Positions 28,214-38,317 are shown, counted from the first letter of the stretch. The stretch is 64,000 nt of DNA from Sulfuricella denitrificans (GCA_002632355.1 NSJJ01000015.1:8730-72729), one strand, 5' to 3'. The notes: generated from the sequence alone by a model not told the origin. Made by a program: numbers and translations.

Positions 28214-28516
28214 TTAATCGTCCTCACCCAGCTCCGGGTCCCATCCCTCTTCGCGGGCGGCACTGATGGCCTGGGCATAAAAGCGGGCGTGCCGCTCGCG
28301 CAGGGCTTCCGGCAAGCGGCTGGGAATATGCGCATAGGGCTCCCAGGCAGCATAAACCTGCTCGTAGAGGTTCTGCATGCGCGCCGAATCCCATCCTGCG
28401 CAGGTTTCTGTTTCAGGCAGGATGCCGAACACCCAGGCATCGCGCACCAGGCGGCCGAGGTGGGTCAGGCCGGCATTGGTATCCTGATCGATACCGACAT
28501 AAGTTTGTAGCGTCAT
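28214..28516 (-). CDS. Conserved hypothetical protein translationally coupled to cbbO
   Basis: ATG overlaps the cbbO stop (ATGA); 100 aa with RDAWVFGILPETETCAGW and GWDPEL motifs. Confidence 0.75.
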   Translation of the reverse strand: MTLQTYVGIDQDTNAGLTHLGRLVRDAWVFGILPETETCAGWDSARMQNLYEQVYAAWEPYAHIPSRLPEALRERHARFYAQAISAAREEGWDPELGEDD

Positions 28517-30852
28517 CGTGTGAGCCCCGCATAAAGTACCGGCAATTTCTCCGGCAGACGTTCCACATGATCCACGACCATGTAGTTCCTGGCCCCGAAA
28601 ATCCGTGAGACATATTGATCCGCACGCGGATCGAGCGACATGCAGAAAGTGGTCACGCCGGAACGCGCCATTTCCTCCACGGCTTTCTTGGTATCGTAAC
28701 GCAGATACTGCGGATCGCGCACATCCACGTCAGCCGGCTCGCCGTCGGTGATCACCAGAAGGAGTTTCCTGGCCGACTTCTGCAGCTTCAGATAGTGCCC
28801 GGCATGGCGGATGGCCGCGCCCATGCGCGTGGAAAGCTGCCCGCTCATGCCTGCCAGACGGGATTTCGGTGTTTCGTTGTAGGGTTGGTCGAAATCCTTG
28901 AAACGGGAATATTCTACGTTGTGGCGCCCATCCGAGCAGAAACCGTGAATCGCGAAGGGGTCGCCGATCTTGTTGATGGCGTCCGCCAGGAGCACAGTGG
29001 CCTGGCGCTGCAGATCCAGCACACTGTAATCCTGCCCGCTCACTTTATCGTTGGTGGATTCCGACAGGTCAAGCAGCACCATCACTGAAATATCGCGCAC
29101 CTTGCGCACCGAACGCATCATGATGCGCGAGTCGGGTTGCTGCCCCATGCGGATATCGATCATGGCACGGATGGCCGCGTTGACGTCAACCTCGTCACCA
29201 TCTTCCAGCTTGCGGATGCGCGTCACACCCTGCGGCTGCAGCGCATCGAGCAGGAATTTAAGCCTGCCGATGGTGCGCTTGTGCTGTGAGGTGATATCGT
29301 CAATGAGCTGCAGATCACCGGCTTTCGGACGCTTTTCCAGCACGGTGGCCCAGGCAGGGCGTTCGAGCTGGATCTGGTAATCCCATTCCGAGTAATGGTA
29401 GGGCTCCGAAACCGGCTCCTTGCCTTCCAGCTCGTTGTAGGATTTGCCCATGTCCTCATAGGGGAAGAGCTCCGTGCCCAGCACCCAGATTTCTTCCGCG
29501 TCGTCGCCGGCGTTCTCCACATCGATTTCGTTGGCGAACTCCATCAGGCTGACGTGTTTGCGCACCTGTTTCGGAGCGTCATAACCCGCCGCCATGGCCT
29601 TGTCGAAATCGAACTCTTCGAATTCCCAGAAATAGCGGTTGTCGTCGCGGTAGGGTGCGGTGAGCGTGTCGCTACGGGGATTGAATGGAATGCGCTTTGC
29701 CATGAACTCGTGCGCCAGCTGCACGCCGATGTCCCAGGAGACCTGGTTGGTATCGAGGCGCTCCGCAGCCTGCTTGAACAATACCCGCCCCTGGGCGATC
29801 CACGGATCGTTGTCCTGGTGACCTTCATCCAGCAGCGCGCGTGCCAGTCGATTTAGATAATCACCCGCCGACTTGCCCTGGCTGGATTCAATCGTGTGCA
29901 ACTGCGCCCACAGATGGCCGAGGCCTGGAAACTTGCGGATCGACAGCGTTTCCACCCGGGCATCCTCGATCACGCTGATCACCGCCATCTGCCAGGGATT
30001 CAGCGCTTCGGCAGAAATCGGGTCGCGAGTATAGACGATATGCGCGGCGCTATGGGCGGCTGCAGCGCGATACATTTCCAGGCCGGGCAGTCTGGTGTCA
30101 CCAATACTTTGATCATCGTAAGCATCCGGCAGGTGGATGAAATATCCTTCCACGAAAGGCTGGTATCCCTCCCGCGTCTCGAAGTCGCCGGAAGTGGGCT
30201 TCATGAAGAAATCCCGTGCCCACAATGCGCGCAGATACATATTGATGCGCCGCTGCACGTCGATGAAAAGCGTGCCCTTGCGCTCTTTCTGCAGCATGGC
30301 CAGCGATTCCTTGGACTGCAGGCTGAAGTAGTTGCCCTGCTCCGGATAGTTGGTGCGATGGGCGTGCGCGCCCCACAACGCCCAGCGGCGCAGCCCACCC
30401 AGGGTGAGCTGGCTGAACAGCATTTCCAGATTTTCCAGCATCGGGCGCACGCCGCGCGGCGCCTGCGACAGCAGGGTGTTTAGGAATTGCAGGTAGGAGC
30501 GGAACAGGGTTTCGTCACCGAGACGGTTGGCTGCGGTGGGCGATGTGCTGAGCACCAGCTCGATCACCGCACCCGAGGTCTTGGAAGCCAGCTCCAGTGC
30601 AGTCTGCACCAGATCTGGAATGATGTCCTCACCGATTTCCTTGGCCACCAGCGGTGCATGGTCAATCCAGGTGGCGATCAGGTCATCGCCTTTTCCCAGG
30701 CTCTTCAGCGCGGCAGCGCCTTTGAGGTAATTATCCAGACCGCGCGCACTGAACACCTTGGCGGCTTCCAGCCAGGCGGACTGCAGGCTTTCCTGCAATT
30801 CCGGAGAAAGTGCGTCGATCAGTTCCTGATAGTCTTCGAGATTGATAGCCAT
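28513..30852 (-). CDS. cbbO: RubisCO activase adaptor CbbO (VWA domain)
   Basis: C-terminal VWA MIDAS LLDLSES ... STRMGAAIRHA ... VITDGEP; lies directly downstream of cbbQ. Confidence 0.93.
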   Translation of the reverse strand: MAINLEDYQELIDALSPELQESLQSAWLEAAKVFSARGLDNYLKGAAALKSLGKGDDLIATWIDHAPLVAKEIGEDIIPDLVQTALELASKTSGAVIELVLSTSPTAANRLGDETLFRSYLQFLNTLLSQAPRGVRPMLENLEMLFSQLTLGGLRRWALWGAHAHRTNYPEQGNYFSLQSKESLAMLQKERKGTLFIDVQRRINMYLRALWARDFFMKPTSGDFETREGYQPFVEGYFIHLPDAYDDQSIGDTRLPGLEMYRAAAAHSAAHIVYTRDPISAEALNPWQMAVISVIEDARVETLSIRKFPGLGHLWAQLHTIESSQGKSAGDYLNRLARALLDEGHQDNDPWIAQGRVLFKQAAERLDTNQVSWDIGVQLAHEFMAKRIPFNPRSDTLTAPYRDDNRYFWEFEEFDFDKAMAAGYDAPKQVRKHVSLMEFANEIDVENAGDDAEEIWVLGTELFPYEDMGKSYNELEGKEPVSEPYHYSEWDYQIQLERPAWATVLEKRPKAGDLQLIDDITSQHKRTIGRLKFLLDALQPQGVTRIRKLEDGDEVDVNAAIRAMIDIRMGQQPDSRIMMRSVRKVRDISVMVLLDLSESTNDKVSGQDYSVLDLQRQATVLLADAINKIGDPFAIHGFCSDGRHNVEYSRFKDFDQPYNETPKSRLAGMSGQLSTRMGAAIRHAGHYLKLQKSARKLLLVITDGEPADVDVRDPQYLRYDTKKAVEEMARSGVTTFCMSLDPRADQYVSRIFGARNYMVVDHVERLPEKLPVLYAGLTR

Positions 30853-30863
30853 GGCTTAGCCCC

Positions 30864-30964
30864 GTGAAAAGTGAAAAGTGACTCGCCGTCATGCGGCTCA
30901 GGTGAAACGTGGGGACGGGATCGGATTTCTCGCGCTTCACATTTCACGTTTCACCCTTCACACA
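30864..30964. repeat. Inverted arrays of GTGAAAN / NTTTCAC heptamers in the cbbQ-cbbO spacer
   Basis: GTGAAAA x2 + GTGA (30864-30881), GTGAAACGTG (30902-30911), and CTTCAC-ATTTCAC-GTTTCAC-CCTTCAC (30935-30961). Confidence 0.85.
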
Positions 30965-31768
30965 TCAGAAAAATGTGGTTACTGCCGCATCCAGCGCATC
31001 GCGCATATCGGGATCGTCGGTGATCGGACGCACCAGGGCCACGCGGCAGGCCTTGACCGGATCGACACCGGTGGCGATCAGACTTCCAGCGTAAATCAGC
31101 ATGCGCGTCGAGATGCCTTCGTCCAGTCCGTGGCCCTTGAGATTGCGGGCGCGCTCGGCGATGGAAACCAGCTTGCCGGCCACTTCTGCGTTGACGCCGG
31201 TTTCGTGGGCAACGATCTCGGTTTCGATGGCGTGCTCGGGATAGTTGAAGTCAAGGCCGCCGAAACGCTGCTTGGTGGACTGCTTCAGATCCTTCATCAG
31301 GCTCTGGTAGCCGGGGTTGTAGGAAATCACCAGCTGGAAATCGGGATGGGCGTTCACCAGCTCGCCCTTCTTTTCCAGCGGCAGCACGCGGCGGTTGTCG
31401 GTCAGCGGGTGGATCACCACGGTGGTGTCCTGGCGCGCTTCCACCACTTCGTCCAGATAGCAGATCGCACCGTGCCGTGCGGCGATTGCCAGCGGGCCAT
31501 CCTGCCAGCGCGTGCCGTTGGCATCGAGCAGAAAGCGGCCGACCAGGTCGGAAGCGGTCATGTCCTCGTTGCAGGCCACGGTGATCAGCGGCTTGCCCAG
31601 TTTCCAGGCCATGTGTTCGACGAAGCGGGTCTTGCCGCAGCCGGTCGGGCCTTTGAGCATCATCGGCATACGCACGCTGTAGGCGGCTTCGTACAATTCA
31701 ACCTCGTCCGAGACGGGGTGGTAGTAGGGCTCTTTTTCGATACGGTACTGCTGGATGATGTCGCTCAT
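30965..31768 (-). CDS. cbbQ: RubisCO activase AAA+ ATPase CbbQ (MoxR type)
   Basis: [28 protein letters not shown] and LKQSTKQRF. Start at ATG 31768 (MSDIIQQY). Confidence 0.96.
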   Translation of the reverse strand: MSDIIQQYRIEKEPYYHPVSDEVELYEAAYSVRMPMMLKGPTGCGKTRFVEHMAWKLGKPLITVACNEDMTASDLVGRFLLDANGTRWQDGPLAIAARHGAICYLDEVVEARQDTTVVIHPLTDNRRVLPLEKKGELVNAHPDFQLVISYNPGYQSLMKDLKQSTKQRFGGLDFNYPEHAIETEIVAHETGVNAEVAGKLVSIAERARNLKGHGLDEGISTRMLIYAGSLIATGVDPVKACRVALVRPITDDPDMRDALDAAVTTFF

Positions 31769-31861
31769 GGTCGGTCTCCATCTATCGGTCAACACAGGGG
31801 CGTAAACGGCCGACTTTCTCAGCCGCTTGCGTTCCCATGCGGAAAACGTCATTTATCTGTT

Positions 31862-31900
31862 TTTTAAAAACCCCCGCTGCCGAAAAGGATGGCAGCAGGG
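31862..31900 (-). terminator. Intrinsic terminator after cbbS
   Basis: Minus strand CCCTGCTGCC-atccttttc-GGCAGCGGGG followed by TTTTT. Confidence 0.7.
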
Positions 31901-31911
31901 AAACCGCTACA

Positions 31912-32268
31912 TCAAATGGTCTTGCCGCGGAAAATTACCATCGCTGCGCCTTGGGACTGGTTGAAGTTGTTGTAACCAATCAGACGCACATGGTTGTTGG
32001 GATTGGCCTTGTGGCAAGCTTCGGCTTCCGCCAGCACCTTGGTCACATCGGTTTCGCCGAACATCGGCAGCTTCCACATGTACCAGTAGGAATCCATCAG
32101 GTATTCCGGTTCGACATGCTCAATCGCCGGGTTCCAGCCTTTGGAAACCAGGTATTCCACTTGCGTCTTGATCTCGTCTGCTGTCATGGCAGGCAGGTAG
32201 GAGAAGGTCTCGAACTTGCGGCTGGCAGGATCGCTCAGACGCGATTTGTAATCCATCACTTCACTCAT
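31912..32268 (-). CDS. cbbS: RubisCO small subunit (form IA)
   Basis: [28 protein letters not shown] and HVRLIGY. Confidence 0.98.
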   Translation of the reverse strand: MSEVMDYKSRLSDPASRKFETFSYLPAMTADEIKTQVEYLVSKGWNPAIEHVEPEYLMDSYWYMWKLPMFGETDVTKVLAEAEACHKANPNNHVRLIGYNNFNQSQGAAMVIFRGKTI

Positions 32269-32333
32269 GATTTGCTCCTTAAATTAAGTCTCAGGGCGGG
32301 TCAGGCCACGGGGCCATAACCCGCCATCGGTGA

Positions 32334-33755
32334 TTACTTGTGCGCTACGTCCAGTTTGTCGACGGTGTCGAACTCGAACTTGATTTCCTTCCATGTTTCC
32401 ATGGCGATTTTCAGTTCCGGGCTGCTGGCTGCCGCCTTGGTCAGGATGTCCTTGCCTTCTTTCTCAATTTCACGGCCCTCGTTACGTGCTGCCACACTGG
32501 CTTCCAGTGCGACGCGGTTTGCCGCTGCACCGGCTGCGTTGCCCCAGGGGTGACCCAGCGTGCCGCCGCCGAACTGCAGCACGGAGTCGTCACCAAAGAT
32601 ATTGACCAGTGCCGGCATGTGCCACACGTGGATACCGCCGGATGCAACCGGCATCACGCCAGGCATGGAACCGAAGTCCTGATCGAACATGATGCCGCGG
32701 CTGCGGTCTTCCTTGATGAACTCGTCGCGCATGATGTCGATCCAGCCCAGGGTTGCATCACGGTCGCCTTCCAGCTTGCCCACCACGGTACCGGAGTGCA
32801 GGTGGTCGCCACCAGACAGACGCAAGCACTTGGTGAGGACGCGGAAGTGAATGCCGTGGTGCGGGTTGCGGTCGAGCACAGCGTGCATGGCACGGTGGAT
32901 GTGCAACAGCATGCCGTTGTTGCGGCACCAGTTGGCCAGCCCTGTGTTGGCAGTGAAGCCGCCGGTCAGGTAGTCGTGCATGATGATCGGTGCGCCGATT
33001 TCCTTGGCGAACTCGGCACGCTTGTACATTTCTTCCGGTGTCGGAGCGGTCACGTTCAGGTAGTGACCCTTGCGCTCGCCGGTTTCGCGCTCTGCCTTCA
33101 GAGTGGCTTCCTGCACGAACTCGAAACGATCGCGCCAACGCATGAACGGCTGGCTGTTAACGTTCTCGTCGTCCTTGGTGAAGTCCAGACCACCGCGCAG
33201 GCACTCGTAAACTGCACGACCGTAGTTCTTGGCGGACAGGCCCAGTTTTGGCTTGATGGTGCAGCCCAGCAGCGGACGTCCATACTTGTTCATCTTGTCG
33301 CGCTCGACCTGAATACCCTGAGGAGGTCCACCGCAGGTCTTCACATAAGCGATCGGGAAGCGGATGTCTTCCAGACGCAAAGCGCGCAGGGCCTTGAAGC
33401 CGAATACGTTACCAACCAGCGAGGTCAGCACGTTAACGATGGAGCCTTCTTCGAACAGGTCGATCGGGTAAGCCACAAAAGCGTAGAAACAGGTGTCATC
33501 GCCAGGGACGTCTTCGATGCGATAGGCTCGGCCCTTGTAGTAATCCAGATCGGTCAGCAGATCGGTCCACACCGTGGTCCAGGTACCGGTTGAAGATTCG
33601 GCGGCCACAGCTGCGGCAACTTCTTCACGGGGCACACCAGGCTGCGGGGTGATTTTGAAACAGGCGAGGATGTCGGTATCCAGCGGGGTGTATTCCGGCG
33701 TCCAGTAAGTTGCGCGATATTCTTTCACGCCAGCGTTGTAGGTCTTGACTGCCAT
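32334..33755 (-). CDS. cbbL: RubisCO large subunit, form IA
   Basis: [21 protein letters not shown], catalytic [18 protein letters not shown] and VASGGIH. Confidence 0.99.
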   Translation of the reverse strand: MAVKTYNAGVKEYRATYWTPEYTPLDTDILACFKITPQPGVPREEVAAAVAAESSTGTWTTVWTDLLTDLDYYKGRAYRIEDVPGDDTCFYAFVAYPIDLFEEGSIVNVLTSLVGNVFGFKALRALRLEDIRFPIAYVKTCGGPPQGIQVERDKMNKYGRPLLGCTIKPKLGLSAKNYGRAVYECLRGGLDFTKDDENVNSQPFMRWRDRFEFVQEATLKAERETGERKGHYLNVTAPTPEEMYKRAEFAKEIGAPIIMHDYLTGGFTANTGLANWCRNNGMLLHIHRAMHAVLDRNPHHGIHFRVLTKCLRLSGGDHLHSGTVVGKLEGDRDATLGWIDIMRDEFIKEDRSRGIMFDQDFGSMPGVMPVASGGIHVWHMPALVNIFGDDSVLQFGGGTLGHPWGNAAGAAANRVALEASVAARNEGREIEKEGKDILTKAAASSPELKIAMETWKEIKFEFDTVDKLDVAHK

Positions 33756-33836
33756 TGCAAGCTCCTTGATTTCAGGTTAAAACATTTATCTTCCACCTCG
33801 GAAGATCGTGTGGCTCGTTAGAGCGTGATGCCACTA

Positions 33837-33901
33837 TAAACACATCAATACATAAATAATAATTGTAATTTTAAAGGCTAATGATAGATAATTATCTATG
33901 A
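33837..33901. promoter_or_regulatory. AT-rich cbbR/cbbL divergent control region with overlapping CbbR-type TNA-N7-TNA boxes
   Basis: TAA-N7-TGA (33872-33884), TGA-N7-TTA (33882-33894), TAA-N7-TGA (33889-33901); perfect palindrome ATAGATAATTATCTAT at 33884-33899. Confidence 0.7.
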
Positions 33902-33923
33902 TATTTTTTTCGGGGGAATCGCC

Positions 33924-34874
33924 ATGAGACACGCCACCCTGCGCCAGCTGAAGGTTTTCGAATCGGTGGCGCGCAATCTGAGTTTCACCCGCGCTGCCGA
34001 GGAACTTCACCTGACCCAGCCAACTGTCTCCATCCAGCTCAGGCAGTTGAGTGACATCGTCGGCCTGCCACTGCTGGAACAGGTCGGCAAGCGGATATTT
34101 CTGACCGATGCCGGACGCGAACTGCTCAAGGTCAGCCACGATATCTTTGAGGGTTTGGCCCGATTCGAGATGCAGGTATCCGACATGAAGGGGGTGAAGG
34201 CGGGCAAACTGCGCCTGGCGGTGATCACAACCGCAAAATATTTCATTCCGCGGCTGCTCGGGCCATTCTGCCAGCGCTACCCCGGCATCGACGTGTCGCT
34301 CAAGGTAACCAATCGCGAACGCGTATTGCAGCGCATGGCCGATAATGAGGATGATCTTTATGTGCTCGGGCAGCCCCCGGAACACATAGACGTAGAACTT
34401 GAGCCTTTCCTGGAAAATCCGCTGGTGGTTCTGGCCGCGCGCGACCACCCTCTGGCAGAAGAAAAGAACATTCCGCTATCGCGTCTGGTAGAGCAGCCGT
34501 TTCTGATGCGCGAAGCGGGATCTGGTACCCGTCTCGCCACCGAACGTTTTTTCAATGAGCAGGGGTTGAAACTCAAGGTCAGAATGGAGCTAGGCAGCAA
34601 TGAGGCGATCAAGCAGGCTGTGGCGGGTGGACTGGGGATCGCCGTGCTGTCGGCGCACACCCTTGCGCTGGAACGCAGCAGCGACGAGCTGACCTGCCTT
34701 GACGTCGAGGGTTTTCCGATCCGGCGCCACTGGTACGTGGCCCACCTCAAGGACAAGCAACCCACCGTGGTCGCGCTCGCTTTTCTCGACTTCCTGCGCG
34801 AGGAAAGCAAGCTGCTGGGCGAACACTATCTGCGGGGAATTCCGGGGTTTCCCGGTTTTATTCAGAACGACTGA
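33924..34874 (+). CDS. cbbR: LysR-type regulator CbbR
   Basis: ATLRQLKVF...LSFTRAAEELHLTQPTVS HTH, MREAGSGTR and LGSNEAIKQAV; divergent from cbbL. Confidence 0.95.
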   Translation: MRHATLRQLKVFESVARNLSFTRAAEELHLTQPTVSIQLRQLSDIVGLPLLEQVGKRIFLTDAGRELLKVSHDIFEGLARFEMQVSDMKGVKAGKLRLAVITTAKYFIPRLLGPFCQRYPGIDVSLKVTNRERVLQRMADNEDDLYVLGQPPEHIDVELEPFLENPLVVLAARDHPLAEEKNIPLSRLVEQPFLMREAGSGTRLATERFFNEQGLKLKVRMELGSNEAIKQAVAGGLGIAVLSAHTLALERSSDELTCLDVEGFPIRRHWYVAHLKDKQPTVVALAFLDFLREESKLLGEHYLRGIPGFPGFIQND

Positions 34875-35307
34875 GCCTCTCCGGCAGCGTTTTGATCGCC
34901 GCCACATTGGTCCATGAAAATGCTTTTGCGGCGGCTTCTTCCCACGGCAGCCAGACATGGCTCAGATGTTCGCGTGGAGCAAGCCGGACAGCTACAGGTT
35001 GCGGCACTTCCAGCCCGAAGACGTGTTCGGTATTATGGGTCACGCCGGGTGCATAGCGATGACGCCACTCGGCATAAATCTCGAAAACGTTGTGCACTTT
35101 CCAGTCAGCCAGCCCGAGCGTTTCGGCATTCAGCCCGGTTTCCTCGGCCACTTCGCGCACCGCAGTCTGGCGCAGGTTTTCGCCGGGATCGCAACTCCCG
35201 GTCACCGATTGCCAGTAACCCGGATGATCCGCGCGTTCCAGCAGCAACACCTGCAGATCGGGCGTATAGATGACCACCAGGACGGAAACAGGTGTTTTAT
35301 AAGCCAT
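34858..35307 (-). CDS. nudB: Dihydroneopterin triphosphate pyrophosphatase
   Basis: YKTPVSVLVV, WQSVTGS and Nudix box AVREVAEETG. 3' end overlaps cbbR by 17 nt. Confidence 0.92.
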   Translation of the reverse strand: MAYKTPVSVLVVIYTPDLQVLLLERADHPGYWQSVTGSCDPGENLRQTAVREVAEETGLNAETLGLADWKVHNVFEIYAEWRHRYAPGVTHNTEHVFGLEVPQPVAVRLAPREHLSHVWLPWEEAAAKAFSWTNVAAIKTLPERLSRSE

Positions 35308-35326
35308 CCGGGGGAAAATACCGGAA

Positions 35327-35707
35327 TTACTCGAAGTTGATCGGTTCTGGCTTCTCGGTTGGGCGCTGCTCGGTATTCCACTGATCAAAGCCGCCCATCA
35401 TGGACATCACATCGGTATAGCCCAGCCGGTGCAACTGTACGGCGGAGAGGGCTGCACGGCCGCTGGTGCGGCAGTAGATCAGCAGCGAGGCATCGCGGGG
35501 GGCCGCCTCCGGCACCATGCCGATCTTGAATTCGAGCACTCCGCGCGGAATGTTGATCGCTCCGGGCAAATGACCGGCGGAAAATTCGTCATATTCGCGC
35601 ACATCCAGCACCACGCGCTTGCCAAGCAATGCCTGGGCTTCGTCGCAACTGATTTCCCGTATCTGGGATTTGGCTTCGACCACCAGGTCGTGAGGGGTTA
35701 CAGGCAT
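35327..35707 (-). CDS. Single-domain rhodanese-like sulfurtransferase
   Basis: LDVREYDEFSAGHLPGAINIP, active-site loop YCRTSGRA, and MMGGFDQW. Confidence 0.9.
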   Translation of the reverse strand: MPVTPHDLVVEAKSQIREISCDEAQALLGKRVVLDVREYDEFSAGHLPGAINIPRGVLEFKIGMVPEAAPRDASLLIYCRTSGRAALSAVQLHRLGYTDVMSMMGGFDQWNTEQRPTEKPEPINFE

Positions 35708-35734
35708 TTCGATTCTCCGGTTTTCATTCTTTAC

Positions 35735-37534
35735 TTAATTGCTGCCGACTTCCACCTGCGTCTGCACCTGCTGACGCAAACGGATATGCAGTTCGCGCAA
35801 CTGCTTCTCGTCCACGGTATTCGGTGCCTGGGTCATGAGGCAGGCGGCGCGCTGGGTCTTGGGGAAGGCGATGACATCGCGGATCGACTCGGCTCCGGCC
35901 ATCAGCGTCACCAGACGATCGAGGCCGAAGGCCAGGCCGCCATGGGGCGGCGCACCGAATTGCAGGGCTTCGAGCAGAAAGCCGAATTTTTCCTGGGCTT
36001 CCGCATCGCTGATATTGAGCGCCTGGAATACCTTGGCCTGCACTTCCTGACGGTGAATACGCACCGAGCCGCCACCCACTTCCCAGCCGTTCAGCACCAT
36101 GTCGTAGGCCTTGGACAAGGCCTTGCCGGGATCGCTGGAAAGCAGGTCCTCGTGACCGTCGGCGGGCGCGGTGAAGGGATGATGCAGCGCCGCCCAGCGG
36201 TTGTTTTCCTCGTCGCGCTCAAACATGGGAAAGTCCACTACCCACAAAGGCTTCCAGCCCGATTCGGCAAGGCCACGCTCGTGGCCGACCTTGGCGCGCA
36301 GGGCGCCGAGGGCCTCATTCACCACCTTGGCCTTGTCGGCACCGAAGAAAATCAGGTCGCCATCGGTGGCGCCGGTACGCTCGATGATCGCTTTCAGTGC
36401 AGCATCATCCAGGTTCTTGACGATGGGCGACTGCAGGCCGTCTCGGCCCTTGGCCACTTCGTTGACCTTGATGTAGGCCAGCCCCTTGGCGCCGTAGATG
36501 CCAACGAATGTCGTGTAATCGTCGATTTCCTTGCGCGACAGGGAAGCGCCGCCCGGCACCTTCAGCGCCGCCACGCGACCGCCTTCCATATCGGCTGCAC
36601 CACGGAACACCTTGAATTCCACGGTCTTCATCACATCGCTCAGTTCGGTCAGTTCCAGTGCGACGCGCATGTCGGGCTTGTCCGAACCATAGCGGCCCAT
36701 CGCCTCGCTGTAGGGCATGCGCGGGAAGGGGTTGGGCAGGTCGATATCCATCACGGTTTTGAACATGCCGCGGATCATGGTTTCGACGGTATCCATGATC
36801 TCGTTTTCGCTCATGAACGAGGTCTCGATGTCCACCTGGGTGAATTCCGGCTGGCGGTCGGCGCGAAGGTCCTCGTCGCGGAAGCATTTGGTGATCTGGA
36901 AATAGCGGTCGAAACCGGCCACCATCAGCAGTTGCTTGAATATCTGCGGCGATTGCGGCAAGGCGAAGAACTGGCCCGGATGGACGCGGCTCGGCACCAG
37001 GTAATCGCGCGCGCCTTCCGGCGTGGAGCGGGTCAGCATGGGGGTTTCGATTTCCATGAAGCCGTGCTGGTCGAGGTAGTCGCGCAGGGTCTTGGAAACG
37101 CGGTAGCGCAGCTTCATGTTTTCCTGCATGGCAGGGCGACGCAGGTCGATGTAGCGGTGCGTCAGGCGCACGTTCTCGGACAGGTTGTCGTCATCGAGCT
37201 GGAACGGCGGCGTGGCGGAGGCGTTGAGAATTTCAATGCTGTCGGCGATGACTTCGATCTCGCCAGTCGGCAAGTTGGGATTGACCGTCCCCTCAGGGCG
37301 CGGATTAACGCGACCCGTCACCTTGAGCACGAACTCGTTGCGGATTTTCTCGGCAATGGCGAAAGTGTCCACCTTGTCCGGATTGCAGACCACCTGCACC
37401 AGACCTTCGCGGTCGCGCAGGTCGATGAAAATCACCCCGCCATGGTCGCGGCGGCGGTGCGCCCAGCCGGACAAGGTGACAGTTTGCTGCAAATGGGCGC
37501 TGTTGACCGCGCCGCAATAGTGAGTACGCATCAT
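35735..37534 (-). CDS. aspS: Aspartyl-tRNA synthetase, non-discriminating type
   Basis: [30 protein letters not shown] and GAPPHGG; His in RDHGG and Gly in RPEGT match the non-discriminating signature. Confidence 0.97.
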   Translation of the reverse strand: MMRTHYCGAVNSAHLQQTVTLSGWAHRRRDHGGVIFIDLRDREGLVQVVCNPDKVDTFAIAEKIRNEFVLKVTGRVNPRPEGTVNPNLPTGEIEVIADSIEILNASATPPFQLDDDNLSENVRLTHRYIDLRRPAMQENMKLRYRVSKTLRDYLDQHGFMEIETPMLTRSTPEGARDYLVPSRVHPGQFFALPQSPQIFKQLLMVAGFDRYFQITKCFRDEDLRADRQPEFTQVDIETSFMSENEIMDTVETMIRGMFKTVMDIDLPNPFPRMPYSEAMGRYGSDKPDMRVALELTELSDVMKTVEFKVFRGAADMEGGRVAALKVPGGASLSRKEIDDYTTFVGIYGAKGLAYIKVNEVAKGRDGLQSPIVKNLDDAALKAIIERTGATDGDLIFFGADKAKVVNEALGALRAKVGHERGLAESGWKPLWVVDFPMFERDEENNRWAALHHPFTAPADGHEDLLSSDPGKALSKAYDMVLNGWEVGGGSVRIHRQEVQAKVFQALNISDAEAQEKFGFLLEALQFGAPPHGGLAFGLDRLVTLMAGAESIRDVIAFPKTQRAACLMTQAPNTVDEKQLRELHIRLRQQVQTQVEVGSN

Positions 37535-37636
37535 GGTTGAATCCGATTCGAGTTGGAACGAGCGAAACAAAAGGGCGAATTATACCCGAGCAGCCTGCCG
37601 GACTTAAAGCAAATCGGCTGCAGGCTGATTGATTCC

Positions 37637-38254
37637 CTAGTCGCCGGGATAGATGGCCGAGGTAATTTCTTTTCTGGGTGCGACCACACCCATGGAAACA
37701 ATAGACTTCAGAGCGTCATCCACGCTCATGCTGAGCTCGATGGTCTCGCTCTTCCTGACGTAGAAATAGAAGCCGTTGACCGGACTGGGCGTAGTGGGAA
37801 TAAATACCCCCACGTATTCCTCATCGAAACGCCGGGCCACTTCACTGGGCACGTTGGTCTGAAAAGCCAGCGACCAGGCTTCAGGATGAGGATAACGCAC
37901 CAGCAATACCTTGCGAAAGGCCTCTCCTTTGCCGGAAAAAAGTGTGTCGCTGACCTGCTTGACGCTGTAATAGATGGATTTGACTACCGGTATGCGTGCA
38001 AGTAGCGCCTCCCAGAACAATACCAGTCTCTGGCCGATGATATTTGCCGCAAGGACCCCGGTAAGGAAGATGACCAGTAGCGTGAGAATGGCACCGATAC
38101 CGGGGATATTGAGTCCCAGCAATGCCAGCGGACGTATGGCCTCAGGCAGAATCAGCAAACTCTGGTCCAGAGTACCAATCAGCAGATTGAGCACCCAGAG
38201 CGTAATCACCAAGGGCACCCAGATCAGCAAACCAGTAATGAAATAGCGTCTCAT
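37637..38254 (-). CDS. DUF502 family membrane protein
   Basis: YFITGLLIWVPL, RIPVVKSIY and FIPTTPSPVNG; usual neighbour of aspS in Betaproteobacteria. Confidence 0.88.
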   Translation of the reverse strand: MRRYFITGLLIWVPLVITLWVLNLLIGTLDQSLLILPEAIRPLALLGLNIPGIGAILTLLVIFLTGVLAANIIGQRLVLFWEALLARIPVVKSIYYSVKQVSDTLFSGKGEAFRKVLLVRYPHPEAWSLAFQTNVPSEVARRFDEEYVGVFIPTTPSPVNGFYFYVRKSETIELSMSVDDALKSIVSMGVVAPRKEITSAIYPGD

Positions 38255-38317
38255 GGCTCTAAACTGAACATTTGCGCGACAGGCGCGGAAGCGAGTCCGC
38301 GCATCACCATCGACGAA

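Noticed and set aside
30864-30964. CRISPR or mini-array reading of the heptamer repeats
   Set aside because: Units are 7 nt, tandem and inverted, with no unique spacers and no cas genes.
32340-33593. 417-aa ORF antisense to cbbL; likewise 58377..59423 antisense to tuf
   Set aside because: Typical antisense frames of highly biased genes; no recognisable domains.
28513-33755. Carboxysome operon
   Set aside because: No csoS2, csoSCA or shell-protein genes; the cbbLS-cbbQO layout fits the non-carboxysomal form IAq arrangement.
35429-37540. 703-aa plus-strand ORF
   Set aside because: Exact antisense shadow of aspS and the rhodanese gene; no motifs, and expected from GC-rich codon bias.
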